64,000 nt of DNA from Candidatus Aenigmatarchaeota archaeon (GCA_039000725.1 JAWBNO010000001.1:323795-387794); one strand, 5' to 3'. Shown: positions 49,928 to 59,996, counted from the stretch's first letter. Numbers and translations are program-made. The notes: generated by a model not told the origin, from the letters alone.

Positions 49928-50235
49928 CGTTAGATGTAACCGTCCCTTTTATAAATTCTACTACCGGAAACATAACCACGATTCTAATAAGGAATAGGGG
50001 AACTACTAATGTAACAGTAACAACCTTAAGTGTTAGTTGCGGAGCAGTTACTAATACTACTTCTACAAATCTTTTACTGGTGCCTGGCAACCAAACATTA
50101 CAAACTATAATATTACAGAGTACACAAACTCCATGCTCTAGTGATTACACTAATATTAATGTTTTAGTTTCAGGAAATTGTGTGGGTGGAGGAACTATAA
50201 GTGGTGGCTGTTCAGGAATTGGTTGTAGATTATAA
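49783..50235 (+). CDS. Archaeal type IV pilin-like protein, tandem paralog B (MKAIS class)
   Basis: The first 48 aa are identical to paralog A. The middle diverges and the C-terminus is CVGGGTISGGCSGIGCRL. Confidence 0.75.
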   Translation: MKAISAFVATILLVGFTVAVGAIISTWFLTYTRTTTAGVGSATACAAGTLDVTVPFINSTTGNITTILIRNRGTTNVTVTTLSVSCGAVTNTTSTNLLLVPGNQTLQTIILQSTQTPCSSDYTNINVLVSGNCVGGGTISGGCSGIGCRL

Positions 50236-51966
50236 TTGTCTTTTTTCCTTTTTTATTATTTCTTTTTCATCATCATAAAGATAGTCAAGAATTTTAATTA
50301 ATTCATTTATTTCATCTTGAGATAAATCAGTTTCTAAAGTATCGTTTTCAAAAATATTTCTGCCAACAACGGCTTCTTCAACACTTATAGCAACTCTTTC
50401 CCCCTTTCTAGCGAATTCTACTGTTCTACCTTCGCTTTGTATCTCTTTAACTTTACCAATAATTTTTCCGTCTTTTCTTTTAAGTCTACTTCCAGGTTTC
50501 AATGTGCCAGCAATTATATCCACACCAAATATAGCAGGTTTACTTTGTCTAAATATCGCACCAGGTATAACTTTGATTATTGCTGGTCTAGGCAAAGCTT
50601 TTAGTTTTTCTTCTATTTCTTTTCTACTTTCTTCCTCAATCCACTTTTTATAATCTTCGATAATTCTATAGATTATGTTAGAGTGAAATACCTTTAAACC
50701 AAAATTTTTAGCTTCATTTATATCTTCTTCGTCAACTTTAATGTTAAAGGCCAATATAACTTTTCTGTATCTATCTTGAATTAATTCACCTTCGATTAAG
50801 TCTTCTCTATTTATTTTACCAATATCGGCTTTTCTAATCGGAATTCCTTCTTCATTCAAAATTCTTATCATAGCTTCTAAACTACCAATTGTATCAGCTT
50901 TTATAATTACCCCATTAGGATTTTTTTCAAACTCTACGTATTTTTCAATTTTAACTTCCTCTAATGCTTCATCTATTTCTTTTTCACTCTTCACAGCTCT
51001 TATTGGCATTCCAGCTATTGCTTTTTCTACATTTTGAGCAACTATTTTAACACCACAAGCAGCATAAACCTCATTTACAGATTCAAATTTTTTTTCTGCT
51101 CTTATTTCTTGTAATGGTCTTGGTAATAAAAGTGCTCTTATTTTCGTAATTATTGGCTCTTTGCCGCCAATAATCAAAATATCATTTTTTGAGATTTTTC
51201 CATCATACAGTATAACATCTAAAGTAATTCCTAAACCAACTACTTCTTTGACCTCGAGTATTATACCTTTGGCTTTTTCTGTTAGCTTTAATCTATTTTT
51301 TAGAAACTTTTGGGCGAGGCCACTCAGTATTGCTAACAATTCTGCTAGACCTTCTTTAGTAATAGAACTTAATGGAATTATACATATTTTTTTAGTAAAA
51401 TCATCTATTCTATCAAATCTTTCGCTATCAAATCCAAATTCAGCTAAACTCGATACTATTTTGTATATCTTTAAGTCTAACTCTTTTATAGATTCTTCAG
51501 ATTGAAATTTCAAGGATTCGAGAAAAGATGTTGTTTTTTGTGGCTTCCATCCAGCTATCTTATCAATTTTAGTAGCTGCAACGACAAAAGGCACTTTGTA
51601 CTCCTTGAGTATTTTTAAACTTTCTCTAGTTTGTTCTTGAAAACCCTCATTTATATCAACTACCAAGATAGCTAGATCAGCAATTGAAGTACCTTTAACT
51701 CTCATACTAATAAATGCTGCATGTCCAGGGGTATCAATAAAAAGTAGTCCAGGAACCTCTAATTTAATTTTCATCTTTTCAATCAACTCTTTACAAAAAT
51801 TTTCTATAACCTTTATAGGAACGAAGCTAGCACCAACATGCTGAGTTAGTTCTCCAGGCTCCAATCTTGTTATGCAAGTACCTCTAATCGCATCTAACAA
51901 TGTTGTTTTTCCATGGTCTACGTGCCCTACTGTTACTACTATGGGGCTTCTTATTTTTTCGTTCAT
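50230..51966 (-). CDS. infB: Translation initiation factor aIF5B (IF2 homolog)
   Basis: RSPIVVTVGHVDHGKTTLLDAIRGT, DTPGH, ATKID. Confidence 0.9.
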   Translation of the reverse strand: MNEKIRSPIVVTVGHVDHGKTTLLDAIRGTCITRLEPGELTQHVGASFVPIKVIENFCKELIEKMKIKLEVPGLLFIDTPGHAAFISMRVKGTSIADLAILVVDINEGFQEQTRESLKILKEYKVPFVVAATKIDKIAGWKPQKTTSFLESLKFQSEESIKELDLKIYKIVSSLAEFGFDSERFDRIDDFTKKICIIPLSSITKEGLAELLAILSGLAQKFLKNRLKLTEKAKGIILEVKEVVGLGITLDVILYDGKISKNDILIIGGKEPIITKIRALLLPRPLQEIRAEKKFESVNEVYAACGVKIVAQNVEKAIAGMPIRAVKSEKEIDEALEEVKIEKYVEFEKNPNGVIIKADTIGSLEAMIRILNEEGIPIRKADIGKINREDLIEGELIQDRYRKVILAFNIKVDEEDINEAKNFGLKVFHSNIIYRIIEDYKKWIEEESRKEIEEKLKALPRPAIIKVIPGAIFRQSKPAIFGVDIIAGTLKPGSRLKRKDGKIIGKVKEIQSEGRTVEFARKGERVAISVEEAVVGRNIFENDTLETDLSQDEINELIKILDYLYDDEKEIIKKEKRQL

Positions 51967-52141
51967 AAGATTTAAAAGTTTTTATGAATAAAATTATTAA
52001 TGTGTTTAGGAATATTTGAAAAAATCAAAGAAATTTTTGGTAGAAAAAAGAAGTCACAAAAAAAGAAGCGATGAAATTGTTTTTTCTTCGGATTTTATCT
52101 AATTTTATCTGACTTTTTTAGTAGTATTTATTTTTAGTACT

Positions 52142-52243
52142 CGCCCCCGGCGGGATTTGAACCCGCGACCGTCACCTTTCATCCTTTTCATCAAACCTTC
52201 TCGATAGAAGGGTGCCGCTCTATCCAAGCTGAGCTACGGGGGC
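52142..52243 (-). tRNA. tRNA-Arg (UCU) with a canonical-position intron (about 27 nt)
   Basis: gcccccg/cgggggc acceptor. Anticodon stem gcacc/ggtga (G27-A43 mismatch). Loop ctTCTa followed by the intron tcgagaaggtttgatgaaaaggatga. Confidence 0.8.
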
Positions 52244-52285
52244 ACTACATAAATATTTTATTTGACAAAGTTATTAAAAACTATC

Positions 52286-55120
52286 ATGGTATCTATAGAG
52301 GAAATAAAAAATATAGAGAGGAAATGGCAGAAAAAATGGGAAGAAAGCAGAGTATTTGAAGCAAATGTAGAAAAAAACAGGAGAAAATTTTTTATAACAT
52401 TTCCATACCCATATGTAAATGGTGCCCCCCATATAGGGCATAGCTATACATTTTTTAGAATAGACTCCTATGCAAGGTTTAAGAGACTACAAGGCTATAA
52501 TGTTCTTTTTCCTCAATCATTTCATGCAACAGGAGAACCGATTTTAGGAGCTATAGAAAGGTTAAAAGAGGGAGATGAAACACAAATAGAAACATTTAAA
52601 CTTTTTGGTGCATCTGACGAGGAAATAAAAAAATTTATCGAGAATGGAGCAGAATATGTAGCAAGATACTGGATGGGAAAATGGATAGAGAATTTCAAAT
52701 TAGCTGGAATGAGTATAGATTGGAGAAGAACATTTATTACTGCAATAACACCAATTTATAATAGATTTATTGAATGGCAATATAAAACTTTAAGAAAAAA
52801 AGGTTATGTCGTACAAGGAACACATCCAGTTATATGGTGTCCAAAGTGTCAATCTCCTACGGGCGATCATGATAGATTAAAAGGAGAAGGAGAAAGTCCA
52901 ATAAAGTTCTATATAATAAAGTTTAGATTGGAAACTGGGGAAATAATTCCTTGCGCAACTCTTAGACCAGAAACAGTTTATGGCGCAACAAATATTTGGA
53001 TTAAAGAAAATGAAGTTTATGTTAAAGCAAAAGTAGATAATGAAGTTTGGATTCTAAGTAATTATGCGATTATTAAGTTAAAAGATCAGCTTAAGAAAAT
53101 AGAAAAAATTGGAGAAGTTTTAGCAAAGGATTTAGTTGGTAAATTAGTAGAAAATCCAATTACTAAAGAAAAGATACCAATACTTCCTGCAAATTTTGTA
53201 GATCCAAATATTGGTACGGGAATAGTCATGTCAGTGCCGGCACACGCTCCTTATGACTATATAGGTTTAGAGGATTCTAAAAAAAGTGGAGATGCTATTG
53301 TAAAAGAATTTGCAGAAAAAATAAAAATAAAAGTTATAATTAAATCTCCAGATTATAAAGAAATACCCGCTAAAGAAGCGTGTGAAAAGTTTGAAGTTAG
53401 AAATCAAGAAGAAAAAGAAAAACTCGACATAGCTACTGAAGAAGTTTACAAAAGAGAATTTCACAAGGGTGTCATGTTAGTTGAAGATTTTCGAAATGTT
53501 CCAGTTAGTTTAGCTAAGGAAAGAGTTATTGAAAAATTGTCTGAAATAAATTCTCTATCTTCAATTTGGGAGCCAAGTGGAGAAGTTATTTGTAGATGCA
53601 AAACAAGATGTCACGTTAAAATTTTGGAAAATCAATGGTTTTTGAAGTATTCTGATAAAGAGTGGAAAAATAAAGTTAAGGAAGCTATTTTCAAAATGAA
53701 AATATATCCAGAAGAAGCAAGAGAACAGTTTATAAACACTGTAGAGTGGCTGGAGAATAAAGCTTGCACAAGAAAAACAGGACTGGGGACAAAACTGCCT
53801 TGGGATAAAGATTGGATAGTTGAGACGTTAAGCGATTCAACTATATATATGGCATTGTATACAATTTATCACTTAATAAAAGATCTAGATGCAGACAAAA
53901 TTAAAGATTCATTTTTTGATTACATATTTCTAGGAATAGGTAATTTAGAAGAAGTTTCAAAAGAAAACCAAATTGATAAAAATTTAATTTTGAGAGCAAG
54001 AGAAGAATTTGAATACTTTTATCCAGTAGATTTAAGAGGTTCTGGTAAAGACTTAATTCAAAATCACCTAACATTTTATATTTTTCATCATACAGCAATT
54101 TGGGAAAGTGAAAAATATTGGCCTAGGATAATTGCTGTAAATGGTTTTGTTAATGTTGCTGGAGAAAAGATGAGTAAGAGCAAGGGAAATATAATTCCCC
54201 TGAGAAACGTTTTAGAAGACTATGGAAGTGATTTAGTAAGAATAAATATAATCTCCTCTGCAGAAGATTTAAACGATGCCGATTGGAGATTCGAAAATTT
54301 AGAAACATTCAAAGAGAGGATAGATTTTATATTCAATATAGTTAGAAATCTAAATAAGTGCAAGGAAAAAAGTCTGTCAAATTTAGATAAATTTTTAGTA
54401 AATTTTATTAGAAAAAAGATTTTGGATGCTGAGAAAGCTTATGAAGAATTAAAATTTAGAAGCGCAACACAACTTTTGATTTTCGATTCTATAAGTGCGA
54501 TAAAGTGGTATATAAATAGGATTGGTTCTTTTGAAGAATGTAACAAAATAGTTTTGAAAGAAGTTTTGGAAAATCTAGTTAGAGCCACATCACCATTACT
54601 TCCTCATATTTCTGAAGAAATTTGGAATATTCTTGGAAACAAAGAATTTGTCTTTGAATCAGGATACCCAAAATTTGAAAATGTGGATGAGTACTATATT
54701 TTACTAGAAGATTTTGTAAGACAAACTATTGACGATATAAGAGAGATAATATCTTTCAAAAAGATAAGACCAAAAGAAATTTACTTAATAGTTGGAGCAA
54801 AATGGAAGTTTGACTTATACAAAAAGTTTTTAACCGAAGAAAACCCTAACTTAGATTTGTTTTTATTTAATCTAGATGATAAAACTTTGGTTGAAGAGGC
54901 TAAAAAATATTATGGAAAACTTGTGGAAATGAAAAGAAAAAACGAAATAAGAACAATAATTGAAAGAGAGGATCAAATAAAAGCATTATTAGAAAGTAAA
55001 GAATTTATTGAGAGAGAATTTAACTGCAAGGTTATAATAGAAGAAGAAGAGAAAAGCTCTTTGGATAAAAGAAAGCAAGCAACGCCTATTAAGATTGCCA
55101 TATATATTTTAAAAAATTAG
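52286..55120 (+). CDS. leuS: Leucyl-tRNA synthetase
   Basis: PYPYVNGAPHIGH (HIGH), KMSKSKGN (KMSKS), large CP1 editing insert. Start set at the ATG at 52286. Confidence 0.9.
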   Translation: MVSIEEIKNIERKWQKKWEESRVFEANVEKNRRKFFITFPYPYVNGAPHIGHSYTFFRIDSYARFKRLQGYNVLFPQSFHATGEPILGAIERLKEGDETQIETFKLFGASDEEIKKFIENGAEYVARYWMGKWIENFKLAGMSIDWRRTFITAITPIYNRFIEWQYKTLRKKGYVVQGTHPVIWCPKCQSPTGDHDRLKGEGESPIKFYIIKFRLETGEIIPCATLRPETVYGATNIWIKENEVYVKAKVDNEVWILSNYAIIKLKDQLKKIEKIGEVLAKDLVGKLVENPITKEKIPILPANFVDPNIGTGIVMSVPAHAPYDYIGLEDSKKSGDAIVKEFAEKIKIKVIIKSPDYKEIPAKEACEKFEVRNQEEKEKLDIATEEVYKREFHKGVMLVEDFRNVPVSLAKERVIEKLSEINSLSSIWEPSGEVICRCKTRCHVKILENQWFLKYSDKEWKNKVKEAIFKMKIYPEEAREQFINTVEWLENKACTRKTGLGTKLPWDKDWIVETLSDSTIYMALYTIYHLIKDLDADKIKDSFFDYIFLGIGNLEEVSKENQIDKNLILRAREEFEYFYPVDLRGSGKDLIQNHLTFYIFHHTAIWESEKYWPRIIAVNGFVNVAGEKMSKSKGNIIPLRNVLEDYGSDLVRINIISSAEDLNDADWRFENLETFKERIDFIFNIVRNLNKCKEKSLSNLDKFLVNFIRKKILDAEKAYEELKFRSATQLLIFDSISAIKWYINRIGSFEECNKIVLKEVLENLVRATSPLLPHISEEIWNILGNKEFVFESGYPKFENVDEYYILLEDFVRQTIDDIREIISFKKIRPKEIYLIVGAKWKFDLYKKFLTEENPNLDLFLFNLDDKTLVEEAKKYYGKLVEMKRKNEIRTIIEREDQIKALLESKEFIEREFNCKVIIEEEEKSSLDKRKQATPIKIAIYILKN

Positions 55121-55902
55121 CCAAGCAAAATGGACATTGTTTCTATTGTTGCACCCAATAGAAGCAATAAGGTAGCTAATGAAAGTAAAAATGAGACATC
55201 CCATATAATGCTTTTACCTAACTTATTTCTTATTATAGTATTTGAAGCTATCCCCCCAGCTATAGCACCTAAAAAATATGCTAGTATCTCTAAACTTCCA
55301 TGTGGAAAGTATACCATAACAGCCAAAGGTATTGCGTATAACCCACCAATTGCCTTTGCTGTCATTCCAATTGCAGTCGAAAGTATTGAAGCATTCCAAG
55401 TAAGTATAAAGATAGCTCCAGCACCATATACAAAAGAAAAAATAAAGCATACTAATAAAACACCAAGGTTGTTAATTAAAATTGTTTGAAAAGTTCCTCC
55501 AAAAGAAAAATAACCTCTTATTGCTCTTATTTCGTTTATTTGTGTACGAAAGGTTATTTCCGCTATTTCAGCTGGTAGAATCAAATAAAGAATAGACAAA
55601 ACTAAAGTTATTCCACAAAATATTGCAGCATAGGCAACTATAATTTCTTTATAGTAACCAAATATGGATATTACATTACTTGGCTTACTTTTTTTACTTA
55701 TTTTAAACGCTAATAGGTTAAGTTTTGATGTTATTGGAACTAAACCAATAGTTATAAGAAAAACTGAATATAAGCCAACATCTTTTCCAAAAATTAATAC
55801 GGATATTATAAAAGAAAATAGTGTTATTATACTAGAAGCTAGAAAGATTTGTATTGGACTTTTTAATCCAACTTTAACTTTAACTAGAGACTCCAATACC
55901 AT
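55117..55902 (-). CDS. SpoIIM/DUF95-like integral membrane protein
   Basis: YFPHGSLEILAYFLGAIAGG and NNLGVLLVCFIFSFVYGAG, typical of the family. Confidence 0.65.
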   Translation of the reverse strand: MVLESLVKVKVGLKSPIQIFLASSIITLFSFIISVLIFGKDVGLYSVFLITIGLVPITSKLNLLAFKISKKSKPSNVISIFGYYKEIIVAYAAIFCGITLVLSILYLILPAEIAEITFRTQINEIRAIRGYFSFGGTFQTILINNLGVLLVCFIFSFVYGAGAIFILTWNASILSTAIGMTAKAIGGLYAIPLAVMVYFPHGSLEILAYFLGAIAGGIASNTIIRNKLGKSIIWDVSFLLSLATLLLLLGATIETMSILLG

Positions 55903-55952
55903 AAAATTATTGTGTAGGAAAAAGTTTTATTCTTTCTAAAAAAGAAAAAAGT

Positions 55953-56360
55953 ATGAGAAAAGAAGTTTTGGTACTGTTTTTGGTTTTAATATTATTTTTA
56001 TCTAGCTTAGCTTATAATTATGCGATTTTCTTTAATTATAATAAGAGAGTAGAAATACCAAAAGAGAAAATTTTAAATAAAATATCTGAAGAGGAACGAA
56101 ACCTAGCACTTCAGTATGGCTATACGTTGATTTATTATAACTACAGTAATGAGTATGATGAAATAAAAAACTATCTGGAGAGTTTGACTTATGATAAAGC
56201 TATTATTTTGATTTTAAATAGAGGTGAGGAAAAAATTATTGTAGAAAGTTTGAAAGGAAAAAGAGAATTATATAAACCATCTTTAAATGAAACTTTTAAT
56301 TTAGTATGCGAAATAGCAATAGATTCTCCATTAGACTGTTTGTTGAGGGAAATAGAATGA
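55953..56360 (+). CDS. Membrane-anchored hypothetical protein
   Basis: 135 aa with an N-terminal TM helix. Its stop overlaps the endA start (ATGA). Confidence 0.5.
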   Translation: MRKEVLVLFLVLILFLSSLAYNYAIFFNYNKRVEIPKEKILNKISEEERNLALQYGYTLIYYNYSNEYDEIKNYLESLTYDKAIILILNRGEEKIIVESLKGKRELYKPSLNETFNLVCEIAIDSPLDCLLREIE

Positions 56361-57538
56361 AAGAGGAAAAAGAAGAAATAAGAATTTATCTGGAAAAAGA
56401 AAAAGCCTTTTCAACTAATTTAGATTTATCGCAGAGTTTTTTTGGTGATGTTAAAAACAATAAGGTTTACCTAGATCCAATAGAAGTTATTTATTTAGCT
56501 AATATAAGAAACGCTAAGGTTTTTGATGGAAAAAACCAATTATCTCTCTCTCAAATTTTTCAAAAATTTTTTTCGTTCCATTCTTTTGTTAGGTATAGTG
56601 TATTTAGAGATTGGAGAGATAGGGGGCTTTTTATTTCCTTTCCTAAGAAATTAGAGACTAAAGATTATGGTAAGAGTCCAGTAAAAAAGTATCCATCATC
56701 AGACTTTAAAATATTGACAAACTTTACTTTGTATTTTTTAAGAGAAGAGTGTTTTTCCTTAGCTTTCGGAAAAGAGGCTAAGAAAGCTTATGAAGAATAT
56801 TGGTTTGGCCAATGGGGAGTTTATAAAAATTATGAACGAGGAAATAATTTAACTTTAGATCCAATTGAAACTTTATATCTAGCAAAAAAAGGATTTGATG
56901 TTGTTGATATTTTTTCGAATGAAAAAATACAGTATGAAGATTTGGTTAAAGAAATAGAAAAGAGAATTCCACATATTACAAGAATTTTAGAAGTTTATGA
57001 AGATTGGCGAGATAAAGGTTTTATATTAAAAACTGGTTTTAAATTCGGTACTCATTTTAGAATTTATTTTCCCGGAGCAAAACCAGTATCTAATAAAAAA
57101 GAATGGATTCATTCTAAACATGTTCTTCATGTTTTTCCAAAGGAAGTTAGCATGCCTATGAGTGAATGGTCAAGAGCGATAAGAGTTGCACACAGTGTTA
57201 GAAAAACATTCATAATGGCAATTCCTGGAATGAAAAAGGAGGATTATTTAAGAGAAAAGACACCAATTGATTTTGTTGCTTGGCATAGAAAATCTGGAAA
57301 TCAAGTTGAAAGACCAGACAAAGATAATCCCTCTTTTTTAATCATTTCCTTAAATGAAGATGAAAACTTGAGCGGAAAAATGTTGGCTAGTGCTTTAGAT
57401 AGAGCAGATGAATTAGGATTAAGATTGTTGATAGCTATTAATGATAGGGAGACTAGTATAACATATTATTTAGCAAATAGGATAGAGCTTCCTGGTTCAG
57501 AACATAAATATTATGAGATAGAATGGTTTACTCCTTAA
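56357..57538 (+). CDS. endA: tRNA-splicing endonuclease, long multi-unit form (393 aa)
   Basis: Catalytic unit YEDWRDKGFILKTGFKFGTHFRIYFPG...HSKHVLHVF...RVAHSVRKTFIMAI (Tyr/His/Lys). It is preceded by a degenerate repeat (LDPIEVIYLANIRNAKVF...FRDWRDRGLFISF) and followed by about 100 extra C-terminal residues. Confidence 0.85.
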   Translation: MKEEKEEIRIYLEKEKAFSTNLDLSQSFFGDVKNNKVYLDPIEVIYLANIRNAKVFDGKNQLSLSQIFQKFFSFHSFVRYSVFRDWRDRGLFISFPKKLETKDYGKSPVKKYPSSDFKILTNFTLYFLREECFSLAFGKEAKKAYEEYWFGQWGVYKNYERGNNLTLDPIETLYLAKKGFDVVDIFSNEKIQYEDLVKEIEKRIPHITRILEVYEDWRDKGFILKTGFKFGTHFRIYFPGAKPVSNKKEWIHSKHVLHVFPKEVSMPMSEWSRAIRVAHSVRKTFIMAIPGMKKEDYLREKTPIDFVAWHRKSGNQVERPDKDNPSFLIISLNEDENLSGKMLASALDRADELGLRLLIAINDRETSITYYLANRIELPGSEHKYYEIEWFTP

Positions 57539-58337
57539 ACGATATTAAAGAGGCATAACCTACAACATTTAGATAATCTTTACTTACTTCTGCGCTAGTA
57601 GAGTGTTTAACAAGTTTGATTTTTCCACCTAAAATTTTAGTTATTTCCATAAGGACTGCAATAGCTCCATAGCCGCATGCACTAATTTTCCACTTATTTA
57701 TTGTTTTGTAAAACTTTTCTAAATCTAAAGAAATTATAGCGTCAATTAACTTTTCATCTTTTTCATTAACAGAAGCGTAATTTTCATAATGAGTAAAATC
57801 TGAGCTTGCAATTAGTAAAAACTCTTCATTCGTTTTAACTAAAGCATTTGCTAAATCTTTTGCAACACTAATTGATTGATTCATTAAACAAATAGGAACA
57901 ATCTTAAAATTATTTTTATATAAAAATTGAAGAAAAGGAACTTGAACTTCAATTGAATGCTCTTCTAAATGTGCTTCAAAATCTTCTTTAGCAAAAAGAG
58001 AATTTTCGATAACTTTTTTAGAAAAGTTTTCATCAACTTCTACTTCACCTAATGGAGTTTTCCACTTACCTTTATAAAAAACAGAAACTTCTTTCCCCAA
58101 ACCAGTATGATTAGGTCCAATTATTACTGCGCGAAAAATATTTTTTGGAAGAAGAGAGTATGCATAAGTAGCAGTTAAACCAGAATAAATATATCCTGCA
58201 TGCGGTACAATGATACCAATAATTTCTTCTTTAATTTTATCTAATTTAACTTTTTCAAAAAAATCTTTTAAAACTTTTTCAATCTCTTTTTTTGATTTTG
58301 GATAAAAAAATCCAGCAAATTTAGCCTCTCTTATCAT
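57528..58337 (-). CDS. MEMO1-family protein (AmmeMemoRadiSam system protein B)
   Basis: AKFAGFFYP...GIIVPHAGYIYSG...SSDFTHY. Confidence 0.8.
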   Translation of the reverse strand: MIREAKFAGFFYPKSKKEIEKVLKDFFEKVKLDKIKEEIIGIIVPHAGYIYSGLTATYAYSLLPKNIFRAVIIGPNHTGLGKEVSVFYKGKWKTPLGEVEVDENFSKKVIENSLFAKEDFEAHLEEHSIEVQVPFLQFLYKNNFKIVPICLMNQSISVAKDLANALVKTNEEFLLIASSDFTHYENYASVNEKDEKLIDAIISLDLEKFYKTINKWKISACGYGAIAVLMEITKILGGKIKLVKHSTSAEVSKDYLNVVGYASLISFKE

Positions 58338-58941
58338 AACTATTTATCTTTTGCAAACTTTTAATTTTAGGAATTACTATTGTACCTTCTTCTTTATTAC
58401 CTATTTCAATAGCTTCTTTTTTTAAAAAAAGATATGCGGTATAAGCAGCTGTTATTGCGTCTAATTCATCAGCGTTAATATTTTCTTTATTTATTCTAAT
58501 TCCTAAATCAATTAAACCTTTTTTTAGATTTTCTAAACCATTTTGCTTACGAGGAATTTTCAATATATCTTGTGTTGCACCAGGATAAACTTCAATTACT
58601 CTAAATCCAAGTCTTTCAAATTTTTTCTTTAACTTTATCCCTCTATGAGTTAACTTTCTCATTGGCCCCAATGAGAGTGGAAAAAATTTGATTTTGAGCT
58701 TTAATAGGACTCTGTCGCATTCTCTTAGATGCGGACCAACTTTCTTTAAATTCTTCCTTCCAATAGGTAAACTAAGAGGAGCGTCTATTGCTATTATTTT
58801 TGGTTTAACTTTTTTAATAAGTTCAATAATTTCTTTATCCGTATTTAATGTTAGACAAGATGCGTTTAGCTTTTCATCTAAGATACATATTCCCGTGTTT
58901 CTTTTTTCACTTCCCGCTAAATCTATTCCCACTATTAACAT
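58321..58941 (-). CDS. DUF429-like predicted RNase H-fold nuclease
   Basis: MLIVGIDLAGSEKRNTGICIL...IIAIDAPLSLP...VIEVYPGAT. Confidence 0.55.
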   Translation of the reverse strand: MLIVGIDLAGSEKRNTGICILDEKLNASCLTLNTDKEIIELIKKVKPKIIAIDAPLSLPIGRKNLKKVGPHLRECDRVLLKLKIKFFPLSLGPMRKLTHRGIKLKKKFERLGFRVIEVYPGATQDILKIPRKQNGLENLKKGLIDLGIRINKENINADELDAITAAYTAYLFLKKEAIEIGNKEEGTIVIPKIKSLQKINSYDKRG

Positions 58942-59114
58942 TTTTAATATTTTTCATTGATAAGAGAAAAACTATTTAAATTATGTGAGATAAATATTAA
59001 TAGCTCGCTTGGTGTTGGATTTGGAGAAAGCATATTTGCTTTTCGATGATAAATCTGGTCGAGGCGAGCAAAAATTGTCCTTGAGTGAAAAAACTCAAGG
59101 TAAGGTTGATTTTT

Positions 59115-59144
59115 CATGAGACCTTAGAGGTAGGGTTCCCCGCC
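59115..59144 (+). other. 5' strand of the pre-16S processing stem
   Basis: catgagaccttagaggtagggttccccgcc is complementary, with bulges, to 61285-61318 (ggagcggggatataaaccctacctctagggcatg). Confidence 0.75.
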
Positions 59145-59772
59145 AATTCTGGCTGATCCCGCCAGAGACCACCACTATCCGGGTCCGACTAAGCCATGCG
59201 AGTCGTGAGGGGTGAGCCCTCGGCGTCCTGCTCCGTAATACGCAGTCAACCTACCCTAGGGAGGGGGATAATCCCGGGAAACTGGGGCTAATACCCCATA
59301 GGTGTAAGGCGCTGGAAGGCCCTTACACCGAAATGGCGCTCGTAGCCGCCCTAGGATGGGACTGCGGGGCATCAGGTTGTTGTCGGGGTAATGGCCCGAC
59401 AAGCCGATAACGCCTACGGGCCATGAGAGTGGGAGCCCGGAGATGGACTCTGAAACATGAGTCCAGGGCCTACGGGTCGCAGCAGGCGCGAAACCTTCGC
59501 AATGGGCTAACGCCCGACGAGGGGACCCGGAGTGCCCGTGCTTTGCACGGGCTGTTGCCCTCTGTAAACGGGAGGGCGAGGAAGGGGTGGGTAAGACGGG
59601 TGCCAGCCACCGCGGTAATACCCGCGCCCCAAGTGGTGGTCACGGTTATTGGGTCTAAAGCGTCCGTAGCCGGCCTAGTAAGTCTCGAGTGAAATCCTGC
59701 AGCAAACTGCAGGGCTTGCTCGAGATACTGCTAGGCTCGGGACCGGGAGAGGGCAGCGGTACGCATGGGGTA

Positions 59773-59880
59773 ATGAATAGTGTGCGTACCTTTGAGCTTA
59801 TGCGATGAAAAGAAATTTTTAATTATCACGAAGCTATAATTTTCACTAGAGATCAGAATCTTAGCACACTATTCACCCTA
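59773..59880 (+). other. 16S insertion/intron 1 (about 108 nt) within ggggta|aggggttaaatcc
   Basis: An AT-rich block splits the conserved GGGGTAGGGGTGAAATCC-type segment. Terminal inverted repeat tgaatagtgtgc / gcacactattca. Confidence 0.7.
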
Positions 59881-59957
59881 AGGGGTTAAATCCTGTAATC
59901 CCATGCGGACCACCAGTGGCGAAGGCGGCTGCCTGGAACGGGTCCGACGGTGAGGGA

Positions 59958-59996
<39 letters not shown>

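Noticed and set aside
52003-52077. Tiny ORF MCLGIFEKIKEIFGRKKKSQKKKR between infB and tRNA-Arg
   Set aside because: Only 24 codons, with no motif and a low-complexity Lys-rich tail. Most likely non-coding spacer.
13933-58337. AmmeMemoRadiSam system as a gene cluster
   Set aside because: The radical SAM component (13933-14937) and the MEMO1-like component (57528-58337) are about 42 kb apart, and no AMMECR1 gene is visible. This is not a cluster in this window and not novel.
30310-58960. A further set of antisense or overlapping ORFs: 30310-30498, 30670-30906, 32753-33193, 34016-34306, 37275-37514, 37626-37841, 43785-44057, 46427-46609, 47569-48003, 48513-48873, 49067-49282, 49872-50090, 51161-51505, 53267-53464, 53901-54098, 55130-55489, 55223-55450, 55664-55939, 58688-58960.
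   Set aside because: Same reasoning: each overlaps a confidently identified gene on the other strand or frame and has no motif of its own.
58942-59114. TATA/BRE-like promoter (ctatttaaat, about 58972-58981) and leader hairpins (ccttgagt-gaaaaaa-actcaagg) upstream of the 16S gene
   Set aside because: Plausible, but TATA-like strings are everywhere in DNA this AT-rich. I cannot support a specific promoter call without transcript 5'-end data.
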